Source: an uncultured delta proteobacterium (lineage in GTDB: Bacteria > Desulfobacterota > Binatia > Binatales > Binataceae). From it: a stretch of 64,000 bases of DNA. The notes beneath the pieces are model-generated. The model was not told the origin of the DNA. It searched no databases and worked only from the letters and a program-made list of their open reading frames with translations. The translations under genes and the position numbers were made by a program. Positions 48,296 through 58,945 of this stretch are shown here, piece after piece (position 1 is the first letter of the stretch; every line of letters begins with the position of its first letter). The stretch is taken from contig CAWCDG010000005.1 in NCBI GenBank assembly GCA_963794325.1, forward strand, positions 1-64,000, read 5' to 3'.

Positions 48296-48516
48296 CTCAT
48301 GGCGCCCGGAAGCGGCTGCTGCCGTTGACTGCGAGGCCACCAGGCCAAGTCATCGCTCATCACATAGGTAGCCAAGGCGACGAGCATCAAACTCACGGCG
48401 ACCCACAAACGCCAATCATGATGCGCGTGCTTCCAGTAAGGCCGATGGAAGCCATGATTAACACCGTCGCCATCTGGACCTTCGTGATGCTGGTGATTGT
48501 GCTTTTCCTTACTCAT
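48292..48516 (-). CDS. Small His-rich single-TM protein
   Basis: [12 protein letters not shown]...[22 protein letters not shown]; overlaps the xfp stop. Confidence 0.7.
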   Translation of the reverse strand: MSKEKHNHQHHEGPDGDGVNHGFHRPYWKHAHHDWRLWVAVSLMLVALATYVMSDDLAWWPRSQRQQPLPGAMR

Positions 48517-50941
48517 GAGTTGCCGCCTGATCGCCGTGGTCCACCTGTGGCGACCTCGGGTGGGATTCGTTGCTGCTCTGATCTTTCCATTTCCAGTTCC
48601 GGATTTCCGGCAAGTCCTGTCCGTGCTTGTCGATGTAATGCTTGTGCTCAATGAGCTTGTCCTGAACCATCTGCTTGAGATACGCGCCCTTGGCTCCCAA
48701 CTGCGGCAGACGATCCACGACGTCTTGAACCAGGTGAAATCGATCCAGGTCGTTCTGCACCCTCATGTCGAAGGCCGTCGTGATAGTGCCCTCTTCCTTA
48801 TAGCCGCGGACGTGCAGGTTGCGGTTGGTGCGGCGGTAGGTAAGCCGATGCACCAGCCATGGGTATCCATGGAAGCCAAAGATGATGTGCTTATCCTTGG
48901 TGAAGAGCGAATCGTAATCCGTCTCGCTTAACCCGTGCGGATGCTCGCTCGCAGACTGCAGCTTCATGAGATCGACGACGTTGATCACCCGGATTTTCAG
49001 ATCGGGCAGATGTTCGCGAAGGATGGAGACGGCGGCCAGAATCTCCAGCGTGGGCGTGTCTCCGCAACACGCCATCACCACGTCCGGCTCGGAGCCCTGA
49101 TCGTTACTGGCCCATTGCCAGATGCCGATTCCTTCCGTGCAATGCACGACCGCCGCGTCCATGGTCAGCCATTGCGGCAGGGCGTGCTTGCCGGCCACCA
49201 CCACGTTGACGTAATCCCGGCTGCGCAGGCAGTGATCGAAGACCGACAGCAGACAGTTCGCGTCGGGCGGCAAATACACGCGCACGATGTCGGCCTTCTT
49301 GTTGATCACGTGGTCGAGGAAACCTGGGTCCTGGTGCGTGAAGCCATTGTGATCCTGCTGCCAGACGTGAGAGGCCAACAGGTAGTTCAGTGACGAGATC
49401 TTGCGGCGCCATGGCAGTTCCAACGTCACCTTGAGCCACTTGGCGTGCTGGCTGAACATCGAATCGACGATGCGAATGAAAGCCTCATAGCTATTGAAAA
49501 GCCCATGGCGTCCGGTGAGCAGATAGCCCTCGAGCCAACCCTCGCACTGGTGCTCGCTGAGCATCGAGTCCAACACGCGTCCAGTGGGCGCGAGGAATTC
49601 GTCATTTTTTACTTCGCGAGCATCCCACTGACGATCGGTGACTTCAAAAACCGCGCCCAACAGATTCGATAGTGTCTCATCGGGACCGAACACGCGGAAA
49701 TTACGCTTGTCCTGATTCAGCTTGGCTACATCGCGCAGAAAACTGCCGAGCACGAGCGTATCCTGTCCGCTGACGGCTCCGGGCGAAGGCACATTCACCG
49801 CGTGGTCGTGGAAATCCGGCATCCGCAGATCGTGCAGCAGAATGCCGCCGTTAGCGTGCGGATTGGCACCCATCCGCCGCTCGCCCTTAGGCGCCAGCTC
49901 GGCCAGTTCCGGCTTGAGACGGCCATGCTCGTCGAACAGCTCCTCGGCCTTGTAGCTCTTCATCCAGTTTTCAAGCAACTTGACATGGTCCGGATGCTCG
50001 GGGTCCACTATCAGCGGCACCTGGTGCGACCGGAAGGTGCCCTCGATTTGTAAGCCGTCGACAAATTTCGGGCCCGTCCAACCCTTGGGCGATTTCAGGA
50101 CGATCATTGGCCAACGCCGCCGAGTGGTGTCGTTTTTGTCGCGTGCGTTGCTTTGGATTTGCCGAATGTCTTCGATGACCTGTTCCATGGTGGCGGCCAT
50201 GAGTTGATGCATCTTTTCCGGCTCATCACCTTCTACAAAGTAGGGCGTCCAGCCGCAGCCTCGCAGAAATTGCTCTAACTCTTCGTGCTCGATACGGGCG
50301 AGCACGGTCGGGTTGCTGATCTTGTACCCGTTTAGGTGAAGGATCGGCAGCACGGCTCCGTCGGTAATCGGGTCGAGAAACTTGTTGGACTGCCATGCGG
50401 TCGCCAGCGGACCGGTTTCCGCCTCACCGTCACCGATGATGCAGGCGACGATCAGATCGGGATTGTCGAACGCGGCGCCGAAAGCATGGCTGAGTGAGTA
50501 CCCCAACTCGCCACCTTCGTGAATCGAGCCCGGCGTCGTCGGCGCAACGTGGCTCGAGATCCCGCCGGGAAACGAAAATTGCTTGAACAGCTCTTTCATC
50601 CCGGCTTCGTCCTGGGTCACGTTCGGATAGATCTCACTCCAGGTACCTTCGAGGTAAACGTTGCCCACCAACGCTGCGCCACCATGCCCGGGACCCGCGA
50701 TGTAGAACATATTCAGGTCATATTTCTTGATGACCCGGTTCAGATGCACGTATATAAAGTTCTGACCCGGCACCGTACCCCAATGTCCTACCACCAACGG
50801 TTTCACGTGTGACAGTTTGAGCGGCTCCTTCAGCATCGGATTCTGGTAGAGATAAATCTGACCGACCGAGATGTAGTTGGCGGCGCGCCAGTACGCATCG
50901 ATCTTGTGGAGCATTTCCGGGGAAAGAGTTTCTGTATTCAT
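48509..50941 (-). CDS. xfp: Phosphoketolase (Xfp/Xpk)
   Basis: [51 protein letters not shown]. Confidence 0.97.
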   Translation of the reverse strand: MNTETLSPEMLHKIDAYWRAANYISVGQIYLYQNPMLKEPLKLSHVKPLVVGHWGTVPGQNFIYVHLNRVIKKYDLNMFYIAGPGHGGAALVGNVYLEGTWSEIYPNVTQDEAGMKELFKQFSFPGGISSHVAPTTPGSIHEGGELGYSLSHAFGAAFDNPDLIVACIIGDGEAETGPLATAWQSNKFLDPITDGAVLPILHLNGYKISNPTVLARIEHEELEQFLRGCGWTPYFVEGDEPEKMHQLMAATMEQVIEDIRQIQSNARDKNDTTRRRWPMIVLKSPKGWTGPKFVDGLQIEGTFRSHQVPLIVDPEHPDHVKLLENWMKSYKAEELFDEHGRLKPELAELAPKGERRMGANPHANGGILLHDLRMPDFHDHAVNVPSPGAVSGQDTLVLGSFLRDVAKLNQDKRNFRVFGPDETLSNLLGAVFEVTDRQWDAREVKNDEFLAPTGRVLDSMLSEHQCEGWLEGYLLTGRHGLFNSYEAFIRIVDSMFSQHAKWLKVTLELPWRRKISSLNYLLASHVWQQDHNGFTHQDPGFLDHVINKKADIVRVYLPPDANCLLSVFDHCLRSRDYVNVVVAGKHALPQWLTMDAAVVHCTEGIGIWQWASNDQGSEPDVVMACCGDTPTLEILAAVSILREHLPDLKIRVINVVDLMKLQSASEHPHGLSETDYDSLFTKDKHIIFGFHGYPWLVHRLTYRRTNRNLHVRGYKEEGTITTAFDMRVQNDLDRFHLVQDVVDRLPQLGAKGAYLKQMVQDKLIEHKHYIDKHGQDLPEIRNWKWKDQSSNESHPRSPQVDHGDQAATHE

Positions 50942-50978
50942 GCTTCAATTCTCCTTCTTTCAGTGGGCGGCCGGTCGC

Positions 50979-51641
50979 TCACTTGTTCGCCTTGCCGGTT
51001 GTTTCGTTCCTGGATTCAAGCGGCTTCGATTCGGGCGAGTCCTGCTGGCGTAGAAAGATCGTCAGCACGACATAGAGCGCAATCACGAGATATTCCGCCT
51101 GCCAGGTTTGCAAGGTTGTCGTCCAGAATTTAGCCGAAAGCAAAAATGCTGCGATCGAGATCGGCGGCTGGCCCGCGAGCGCGAGTTGCTCGTTGTAGGC
51201 CTTGGTCCCGAAGACGATATGCAGCCCAAGTGCGAGCACAAACAGCAGAATAAACGCCACCAACAGCGAATTGCGGTAAAACCAACTGAAGCGATCAGCT
51301 TTGCTTCGCTTTCCTTTGCTTTTCGCTTTGCGTGGATCGCGGGAATGCGGTGCGCCACGCTGATAGAGGAAGCTGCTGAATACGATCAGCGAGCCAAGCT
51401 GCAGGAAGGCCGCCTGCCAATTGGAAGCGAGCCCTTCCAGGAAGGCCCCGGTTGACAGAAAATGCCAATAGCCGATCGACGACTGCGCGTGCTCCGCAAG
51501 AGTCTCATTTTGTAGCCACCAGCCGGTAAGACTTCCCACGTAAATGCAGATGATGAAAAGCGCGAACAGCACGATCGAGAGTGAATTGTCTCTGATCGGG
51601 TGGATTACTTTTCGCATCCGACCCACCTTCTCCGTTCCCAC
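50979..51641 (-). CDS. DUF6766-like membrane protein with internal repeat
   Basis: Two halves: NWQAAFLQ...QRGAPHS and TWQAEYL...QQDSPESK. Confidence 0.72.
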   Translation of the reverse strand: MGTEKVGRMRKVIHPIRDNSLSIVLFALFIICIYVGSLTGWWLQNETLAEHAQSSIGYWHFLSTGAFLEGLASNWQAAFLQLGSLIVFSSFLYQRGAPHSRDPRKAKSKGKRSKADRFSWFYRNSLLVAFILLFVLALGLHIVFGTKAYNEQLALAGQPPISIAAFLLSAKFWTTTLQTWQAEYLVIALYVVLTIFLRQQDSPESKPLESRNETTGKANK

Positions 51642-51689
51642 GGCGATGTTCGCGCTAGTCCCATTTTGTCCTAAGAAGAATGCTCGCTA

Positions 51690-52913
51690 TCAGAAGTTTC
51701 TTTTTCTCTTCATGACTGGGTTGTTTTCAATTGTGATGCCCAAGACGCGGCAAACTGTCTTTGCGATCATGAGTTCTTCATCCGTATGAATGACGCGAAC
51801 AGTGACCCGGCCGTCGGCCGCGGAAATCACACTCTCATTCACCGCGTTTCGCTTTTCTTCGAGTTCGATCCCAAGGAATCCCAGTCCGTCGCAAATCCGC
51901 GCGCGGACCTTTGGCGCGTTTTCGCCAATGCCGCCGGCAAACACTAGCGTGTCCAGTCCACCTAACGCCGCCGCGAATGCGCCGATCCACTTCTTGACCT
52001 GGTAGCAGAACAGCGCGACCGCTTCAGCCGCCCGCACGTCCTGCGCTTCATGTTCGAGCAAATCGTGCATGTCGGAACTGGTCTCCGACATCCCGAGCAA
52101 CCCGGACTTGAAATTGACCATCTCGTTGAATTCTTTCGCGCTCATTTTTTCGGTGCGCGCCAGATACCAAACCAGTCCGGGGTCGAGATCGCCTGAGCGG
52201 GTACTCATCGGTACTCCGGCCGTCGGAGTGAAACTCATGCTCGTGTCTATCGATTTGCCATGACGCACGGCCGCCAGGCTCGCGCCGTTGCCAAGATGTG
52301 CGAGGATGACCCGGCCTTGAGCCGCTTCCGATCCGCCCAGGCGGTCTAGTTCTCCTATGAGGAACGCATACGACAACCCATGGAACCCGTACCGACGCAC
52401 CCCTTGCGCTTCGTAGCGGCGCGGGATCGGCAACAAACGGGCTACTTGTGGCATGTCATGGTGGAAAGCCGTGTCGAAACACGCGACTTGGGGCAGCTTA
52501 GGAAATCGGCGATGAAACGCCTCGGTTAACAGGATCTCCTCCGGCATATGCTCAGGATCGAAAGCACTGAGCGCGTGCAGCTCCTTGACCATTTCCGGAG
52601 TGATTCGCTGCGGCTTGAAATACTTCGGCCCGCCATGCACCACGCGATGCCCGACCGCGGTCAATGCATCGCGGTCGCTGCGTTTCTCCAGCCAATCCAT
52701 CAACGCATTCACCGCTGCCGTGTGGTTCGGCACGGCCAACGCTCGGGAAACTTTCTCTGATCCTTTCACCGTAAACCTGGCGTCCGACAAACCGATCCGG
52801 TCAATACTCCCGTCCAACGAGCGGCGTAGTGGCTCGCCAGCTTCGAACAACGCGAATTTAATACTCGACGAGCCGCCGTTGATCGTCAGAATCTGTGAGT
52901 TAGCCGGCTTCAT
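51690..52913 (-). CDS. ackA: Acetate kinase
   Basis: NGGSSSIK, GHRVVHGG, FDTAFH, YGFHG, HLGNGAS, GGIGEN. Confidence 0.96.
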   Translation of the reverse strand: MKPANSQILTINGGSSSIKFALFEAGEPLRRSLDGSIDRIGLSDARFTVKGSEKVSRALAVPNHTAAVNALMDWLEKRSDRDALTAVGHRVVHGGPKYFKPQRITPEMVKELHALSAFDPEHMPEEILLTEAFHRRFPKLPQVACFDTAFHHDMPQVARLLPIPRRYEAQGVRRYGFHGLSYAFLIGELDRLGGSEAAQGRVILAHLGNGASLAAVRHGKSIDTSMSFTPTAGVPMSTRSGDLDPGLVWYLARTEKMSAKEFNEMVNFKSGLLGMSETSSDMHDLLEHEAQDVRAAEAVALFCYQVKKWIGAFAAALGGLDTLVFAGGIGENAPKVRARICDGLGFLGIELEEKRNAVNESVISAADGRVTVRVIHTDEELMIAKTVCRVLGITIENNPVMKRKRNF

Positions 52914-53547
52914 GCATGAGTCCTTCGTCGGTATCCAATCCGAACGAAGCCAGTTTCGCGCACGTGGATGTGTAATCAGTGTGAAGGATGCTTCGAATGC
53001 CTAAACCTTCCGCGATCTGGACGAACATCGGGGTGTTCTCGATATAGACCACGTGTCGGGCCGGCGTCTGGGCGATGTCCAGCGCAAGCCGAAAGATGTC
53101 CTCGTCGGGCTTGCGGATATGCACGAAGCAGGAGGAAATAAACGAATCCACAAAGCTGTCCAGCTTGAACTTTTGAATCCTATGAGCATTCAGTTCGCGT
53201 GATTCGTTGCTGACCACTGCGATCTTGAGCCCGTGTCGGGCCTTGAGCTGAGCGAACAGCTTGATCATCTCGGGATAAGGTTTCGATTGCGCGAACATGA
53301 AGCGCTGAAACTGGGCCCGGGTGAACGGCCGCTTCTGGTAGAAGACCACCCGCCCCAGATATTCTTGCAGGGTGAGCTTTCCCTCTTCATAGGTATCGAA
53401 AGTCAGGTGATGCCGATCCTCCATCTCGGACCACTCCAGCTTGAAGGTGGTCGCCGCCCGTTTGCGGGCGTTATGATCCCATCCGTTGGTGAGCAGGACG
53501 CCGCCGACATCTAGAAACACGCAGGTGATTGCAGCCGCCTTGCTCAT
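52900..53547 (-). CDS. HAD-family phosphatase
   Basis: FLDVGGVL, VSNE, RKPD; motif IV reads IENT rather than IDD. Confidence 0.88.
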   Translation of the reverse strand: MSKAAAITCVFLDVGGVLLTNGWDHNARKRAATTFKLEWSEMEDRHHLTFDTYEEGKLTLQEYLGRVVFYQKRPFTRAQFQRFMFAQSKPYPEMIKLFAQLKARHGLKIAVVSNESRELNAHRIQKFKLDSFVDSFISSCFVHIRKPDEDIFRLALDIAQTPARHVVYIENTPMFVQIAEGLGIRSILHTDYTSTCAKLASFGLDTDEGLMHEAG

Positions 53548-53554
53548 CGAAGTT

Positions 53555-54910
53555 TCACAACCAACCGCCGCTGAAACCTGCCCGCTGCAAGCCGCTAACG
53601 ATGTATGGGCATTGACGCATCAGCTTCCATATCAATTGAGAGCGATAGTTTTCGATCATCAAGACAATCGGCCCTTGATTAAGCCCGTAATGCCATGGTG
53701 ATACCCAACCACAGGAGTTGCTGGATTCGACCGGATAGGTCGGGTTGAAAGTCGCTTTGAAACCGTACGGGTTGTGCGCGGTTAGTTTAACCTGATTGAT
53801 GTAGCGGTTGATCGTTGGCAACACGATCTCAGGCGCAAACGGCAGCGATGTAACTACTGCCCACGGCGCGATAGTTCCGTCGTCTGGCCCATACGGCACG
53901 CCTCGTCCGAGGTAGGCGAAAAATTGGCGCTCGACGCCGTCCACTTTGATCGTCTCGTCGCCGGGGCCGTCGCTCGCGGTAATTCCCCAGCAATGGCTGC
54001 TATAGCCGGCGAACTTGTGCGGGTTGTCGATCGCATATTGTTGTTGGACATAGGTCGCGCGACGGCTGTTTTCGAAATAGTCGATACCTTTGAGGCGCAT
54101 GAACGCATCCTGGATGCCACGAAAATCAATCCACACGTGGGATAGCTGGTGAGTGAAGAACGGCCCGGCGTAAAGGTACTCGTAACCGTAACGGTGCTCC
54201 CATCGGTAAGTAGAAATCCACGCGGCGTAGCAGGTCTCTGGCAGGGGATGAGTCGGCGAGCCCATTCCCATGATGTACAGCAGCATCGCCTCGTCGTAAC
54301 CGGCCCAACGGAATTCGAGAAATCCGCTCTCGGGCTTCCAGCCATGCGTGAGCGTGGCGCCATTATTTTGCGCCCATTGCCAATCCGCGCGGCGATAGAG
54401 CTGATCAGCAAGGGTTCGAATTTCCTGCTCAGCGGAGTTGTCCGCGCCGAAGTAAGCTCCCGCCGTCAACGCTCCCGCCAGCAGGAAAGCGCTATCTATC
54501 GTGGACAATTCGCATTGCCACGTGCGCCGGCCGCTCCGCATGTCGAGAAAATGATAATAAAAGCCGTGGTAGCCGGTGGCGTCAGGTTCGGGACCTTGCG
54601 GGCTATTCCATAAAAAACGCAGCGTGGTCAGCGTTCGTTCTACCGCTGCTGCACGCGGCATGAATCCGCGCTCGACGGCCACCGGATAAGCCGCCAGCGC
54701 GAAGCCGGTAGCCGCAATGCTGGCAGGCCAGTCCGGTGCGGTCTTATCGATCACCAGCCCGTTTTCTGGATTCGTCTCATGCAAAAAGTAGCTGAATGAT
54801 TGGTGCTGAAGCCTTTCCAGCTCAGCTTCGCCGATTGGTTTCCCGCCGCTCACGGTTACACCCGACGGGGTCTTCGGATTTTCTGCGCGCGGGCTGACCT
54901 TTGTGCTCAA
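53555..54910 (-). CDS. Glucoamylase-like / GH144 (beta-1,2-glucanase family) protein
   Basis: SIAATGF, GFYYHF, ELSTID, GWKPE, YDEA, WGITA, NQGPIVLMIENYR; start uncertain. Confidence 0.85.
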   Translation of the reverse strand: MSTKVSPRAENPKTPSGVTVSGGKPIGEAELERLQHQSFSYFLHETNPENGLVIDKTAPDWPASIAATGFALAAYPVAVERGFMPRAAAVERTLTTLRFLWNSPQGPEPDATGYHGFYYHFLDMRSGRRTWQCELSTIDSAFLLAGALTAGAYFGADNSAEQEIRTLADQLYRRADWQWAQNNGATLTHGWKPESGFLEFRWAGYDEAMLLYIMGMGSPTHPLPETCYAAWISTYRWEHRYGYEYLYAGPFFTHQLSHVWIDFRGIQDAFMRLKGIDYFENSRRATYVQQQYAIDNPHKFAGYSSHCWGITASDGPGDETIKVDGVERQFFAYLGRGVPYGPDDGTIAPWAVVTSLPFAPEIVLPTINRYINQVKLTAHNPYGFKATFNPTYPVESSNSCGWVSPWHYGLNQGPIVLMIENYRSQLIWKLMRQCPYIVSGLQRAGFSGGWL

Positions 54911-54914
54911 TTGT

Positions 54915-55997
54915 CTAGCTCTTGAGCTGAGTGCTCTTCTGCGCAATGCAGTCGAGAAGGTCGTCCCAGGACTTGTCGAAGGACTCCGCGCCCTCGCGCT
55001 GTAGTTGAGCCGCCAGAGCGTCGAGGTTGATACCCGCCTTCGTGAACCGCTCAAGGACTTGCTCGGCGTCGCCGCCATCGGGCGGCATCGTCGTACCGAG
55101 GTCGCCGTGGTCGGCGAGGGCCTGCAGGGTCTTTTCCGGCATGGTGTTCACCGAGTACTGCGCCGCAAGTGACTTGACGTATAGGATGTCAGATGATTTC
55201 GGATCCTTGGTGCCAGTGCTTGCCCATAGCATGCGCTGCGAGCGTGCTCCGGCATTGAGGAGACGCAGCGAGCGATCGGAAGCGATCAGTTCGCGATATG
55301 CTTTGTAGGTGCGCTTGGCCACTGCTATACCAAGCTGGTCTTTGAGGCTTGCCGGTATTTTCTCCGCGACGGCTACGTCCCAGCGGCTTACGAACAGCGA
55401 GGCGACTGAACCTACCTGTGGATTCAAGCCTTTGGCGATGCGTCGTTCGATCCCGCGGATGTATGCTTCCGCGGCCGCCACGTATTGCTCGCATGAGAAC
55501 AGCAGCGTCACGTTGACTGCTACCCCCGCGAAGATCGATTCCTCGATGGCGCCGAGGCCCTCGCGGGTGCCGGGAATCTTGATGAAGAGGTTGGGACGAT
55601 TCGCTCGCGCATGTAGCTCTCGCGCCGCCGCGATGGTGCCCTTCGTGTCGTAGGCCAGCTTGGGTGAGACCTCGAGCGACACCCAGCCGTCGACCCCGTT
55701 CGTCGCCTTGTGGATCGGAAGGAACAGATCAGCGGCGCGCGTCAGGTCTTCGATTGCAAGCTCGAAGAACAGCGCCTCGCCCGATTTCTTTTCCTTCAAT
55801 TTCTGGCTGATGGCGTCGTCGTAGTCATGACTGTTCTTGATTGCGTGATCAAAGATCGTAGGGTTAGAAGTAAGCCCCGTGACCGATAACTCCCTAATGT
55901 AACGTTCGAGCGTGCCGCTGGTCAGCAGACCGCGGGTGATATTGTCGAGCCAGAGGCTCTGTCCCATTTCGTGGAGTTGTTGGGTCGCTTTCATCAT
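54915..55997 (-). CDS. tal: Transaldolase
   Basis: QSLWLDN, TSNPTIF, SLEVSP, IKIP, NVTLLF, SLFVSR, WASTGTK. Confidence 0.96.
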   Translation of the reverse strand: MMKATQQLHEMGQSLWLDNITRGLLTSGTLERYIRELSVTGLTSNPTIFDHAIKNSHDYDDAISQKLKEKKSGEALFFELAIEDLTRAADLFLPIHKATNGVDGWVSLEVSPKLAYDTKGTIAAARELHARANRPNLFIKIPGTREGLGAIEESIFAGVAVNVTLLFSCEQYVAAAEAYIRGIERRIAKGLNPQVGSVASLFVSRWDVAVAEKIPASLKDQLGIAVAKRTYKAYRELIASDRSLRLLNAGARSQRMLWASTGTKDPKSSDILYVKSLAAQYSVNTMPEKTLQALADHGDLGTTMPPDGGDAEQVLERFTKAGINLDALAAQLQREGAESFDKSWDDLLDCIAQKSTQLKS

Positions 55998-56043
55998 TTT
56001 TCTCCTGGACCGAACGGTGCAGCGTTGGTGTGGCAGGCCATCA

Positions 56044-57438
56044 TCAGGATGGCTCCTTGAGATTGGGATTGTGCCAACCGCCGTCTGCGGCGATGAGCAC
56101 GTCAGCCTCTTTAGGCCCCCATCCATGCCGCTTGTAAGGGCGAACCCGGTGATGGTTCTTAAGGACCGGGTCGACAACTGCCCAGGCGGCCTCAACTGCG
56201 TCCTCCCGGGTGAAGAGCGCTCCGTCGCCAGCCATGGCGTCGGTCAAGAGCCGTTCGTAGGGGGCTTCCTCTCCCGCCTGTTCTTCGAACAGGTAGAGCT
56301 CTCGCTGGTCGCCGACGAACTCTTTTCCCGCGCGCTTGACGCGAGCGGCGAGAGCGACGGCTGAGCTGGGTGACAGGCGGAATCGCAAATGGTTGGCCTT
56401 TCCGGTTGCCGGCGATGAGTCGGCGAAAAGCTTCTGCGGGGGCGGCTTCAACTCCACCAGGACTTCGGTTGCCGTTTCGGCCAGGTATTTGCCGGAGCGC
56501 AGGTACCATGGCACGCCTTCCCATCGCCACGAGTCGATAAAAAGCCGCAGGGCGCAGAAAGTCTCGACGTCGGAGTTCTTCGCCACGTCGGGCTCCTTCC
56601 GATAGCCGATGTATTGGCCACGCACCAGGTCGTCGGACTTTAGCGGGCGCATGGCTTCAAAGACCTTCGCTTTCTCGCTATGCACGGCGCCAAAGTCCCT
56701 GTCGGCCGGCGGTTCGATCGCGAGCAGCGCGACCACCTGAAAGAGATGATTCTCGATCACGTCGCGCAAGCAGCCGGCGGTTTCGTAAAACGCGCCGCGG
56801 CCATCCACGCCGATTTCTTCGGACATGGTTATCTGGACGCTGGCTACGTAGTTGCGGTTCCAGATCGGCTCGAGAAACGAATTGGCGAAGCGGAAATAGA
56901 GGATGTTCATGATCGCCTCCTTCCCGAGGAAGTGATCAATGCGGAAGATCGAGTCTTGCGGGAACACTGTCTGCGCGACGCGGTTGAGCTCCCGCGCCGA
57001 CGCCAGATCGCGTCCGAACGGTTTTTCGACGATGACGCGCGCATGCTCCGTCAGATTCGCCGCGCCGAGGCCCTTGATCACCGTCTCGAACAGCGACGGT
57101 GGGATGGCGAGGTAGTGCGCCGGGCGCCGAGCACTGCCAAGCGCCTCCTTTATCGCCGTGAACGTCTCCGCGTCCTTATAATCCCCACTGACGTACTGGA
57201 ACTGAGCCAAAAGATGGTGGAAGGCGCGCTTGTTATCGATCCCACCGGATCGCTTTATGCTGTCCGTCACGCGTTTGCGCAGACGCTCCAGACTCCACTC
57301 CGGGAAGGCGACGCCGATTATCGGGACTTTGAGGTTGCCGCGCTTCGCCATCGCATAGAGCGCGGGGAAGATCATCTTGTGTGCGAGATCGCCCGTCACT
57401 CCGAAGAGCACCAGCGCATCCGAATGAGAGGTGCCCAT
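56044..57438 (-). CDS. zwf: Glucose-6-phosphate dehydrogenase
   Basis: FGVTGDLA, EKPFG, RIDHFLGKE, RWEGVP, PYERLL. Confidence 0.96.
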   Translation of the reverse strand: MGTSHSDALVLFGVTGDLAHKMIFPALYAMAKRGNLKVPIIGVAFPEWSLERLRKRVTDSIKRSGGIDNKRAFHHLLAQFQYVSGDYKDAETFTAIKEALGSARRPAHYLAIPPSLFETVIKGLGAANLTEHARVIVEKPFGRDLASARELNRVAQTVFPQDSIFRIDHFLGKEAIMNILYFRFANSFLEPIWNRNYVASVQITMSEEIGVDGRGAFYETAGCLRDVIENHLFQVVALLAIEPPADRDFGAVHSEKAKVFEAMRPLKSDDLVRGQYIGYRKEPDVAKNSDVETFCALRLFIDSWRWEGVPWYLRSGKYLAETATEVLVELKPPPQKLFADSSPATGKANHLRFRLSPSSAVALAARVKRAGKEFVGDQRELYLFEEQAGEEAPYERLLTDAMAGDGALFTREDAVEAAWAVVDPVLKNHHRVRPYKRHGWGPKEADVLIAADGGWHNPNLKEPS

Positions 57439-57875
57439 CAGGCGTCTCTCTTGCTGGCAGCAACTGCAGCCCGAACAGACATGCAGTCCATGCGTCCAAA
57501 GCCAGTATTCGCAATATTGGCTGACACTTGAGTAATTCCTGCGGAATCGAAAGCGAACCGTAAGCCGGATGAGTTTACCGACGACTGGAGCTAGCAACGC
57601 TCGGTGTAGGTACAAACAACGCTCTGCAAATTTATCGTAACAGATTCGGTGTTCGTCTCATTCCCGCGATCGGCGCTATTTGTTCTTCGGATTACAAATC
57701 GCGCTTTACGTCTTGATGAAGTTGAACGCATAGTCAGATCAAGCGGTTAACATACTCGTGAGGTCTGGTGGAAAAAGATTCGCCACCTTATGAAGAACAA
57801 CACTATCGAGAACTCTTCGTCGGATAGAACCGACCCGTTATCGAAATTGATCTGAAAGGATAAGGAGACTTAGTC

Positions 57876-58424
57876 ATGCCTCAGGTTAACTCCGTTGTAG
57901 CTATTTACGACACTCACTCCCAGGCAGAAGAAGCTGTCAAGGACCTGCAAAGGTCTGGGTACGATATGAAGAAACTGTCTATCGTCGGAAAGGACTATCA
58001 CACCGACGAGCATGTCGTAGGGTACTACAATGCTGGCGATCGAATGATGTACTGGGGTAAGATGGGAGCCTTTTGGGGCGGCTTTTGGGGGCTTCTGTTC
58101 GGATCTGCATTCTTCGCTATACCCGGGGTCGGGCCGGTCCTGGTAGCTGGTCCCCTGGTTGCGTGGATTGTCGGCGCTCTCGAAGGCGCGGTAGTTGTGG
58201 GCGGATTGACGGCGGTCGGCGCCGGGCTTTACAGCATCGGTATCCCTAAAGACAGCATCGTCAAATACGAGTCTGCGCTCAAGGCTGACAAGTTCATCGT
58301 CCTGGCGCACGGCACGGCAGCCGAAGTGACCAAGGCCAGGGACACAATGCAGACCACGCACCCCACGGACCTTGCACTGCACGCGACGGGACGCGAGGAA
58401 CACTCGGGGCTCGCGGCCAAATAA
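57876..58424 (+). CDS. General stress protein (YflT/DUF1269-like)
   Basis: VAIYDTH..AEEAV..LQ..G...LSIVGKD, IPGVGPVLVAGP; AAGGAG RBS. Confidence 0.85.
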   Translation: MPQVNSVVAIYDTHSQAEEAVKDLQRSGYDMKKLSIVGKDYHTDEHVVGYYNAGDRMMYWGKMGAFWGGFWGLLFGSAFFAIPGVGPVLVAGPLVAWIVGALEGAVVVGGLTAVGAGLYSIGIPKDSIVKYESALKADKFIVLAHGTAAEVTKARDTMQTTHPTDLALHATGREEHSGLAAK

Positions 58425-58523
58425 CTGGGCAATCAAAGGATGGTGTACGGCAGTTAACTCTCTCCCGGAGGTTGGACTGCCGTACTCTCAAGTCGACCCC
58501 TTCAACCTGGAGAAAGAATTACG

Positions 58524-58943
58524 ATGAAACGAATTGGTGTGGCATTGATAGCGACCAGCCTTTTGATGATAACCGTGAGTGTGGGATTCGCGAAAGATCT
58601 GAGTACGATCGGGCTTGAAGAGGCGTTCATCGATTCGGTCGGGACCTGCGGTCCCTCAAGCAACGTAGCGGGCTCGGTCGGTAAGAGTGAAGATCCGCAG
58701 GTGAAGATCGCGCTCCGCGACGCATTGATTACTGAAGCTGCCGACGACGCCGCCGCGATTGCGGGCTCCAACAAACCTCACAGCGACTGCATCAGAAAGG
58801 ATCTCACGTCGCGCGGATACACGGACAACGATATGGCGGCGCTGCCTTATTGCGTCAAGCACGACTGGCCGGATCCCTTCACCAGCCTCGGCGTGTGCGT
58901 GAAGAATCACAGCCGACTCGAGGGAGTGCTCAACAAAAAGTAG
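58524..58943 (+). CDS. Exported hypothetical protein with 4 Cys
   Basis: Signal peptide ending GFA; GGAG RBS. Confidence 0.7.
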   Translation: MKRIGVALIATSLLMITVSVGFAKDLSTIGLEEAFIDSVGTCGPSSNVAGSVGKSEDPQVKIALRDALITEAADDAAAIAGSNKPHSDCIRKDLTSRGYTDNDMAALPYCVKHDWPDPFTSLGVCVKNHSRLEGVLNKK

Positions 58944-58945
58944 TC

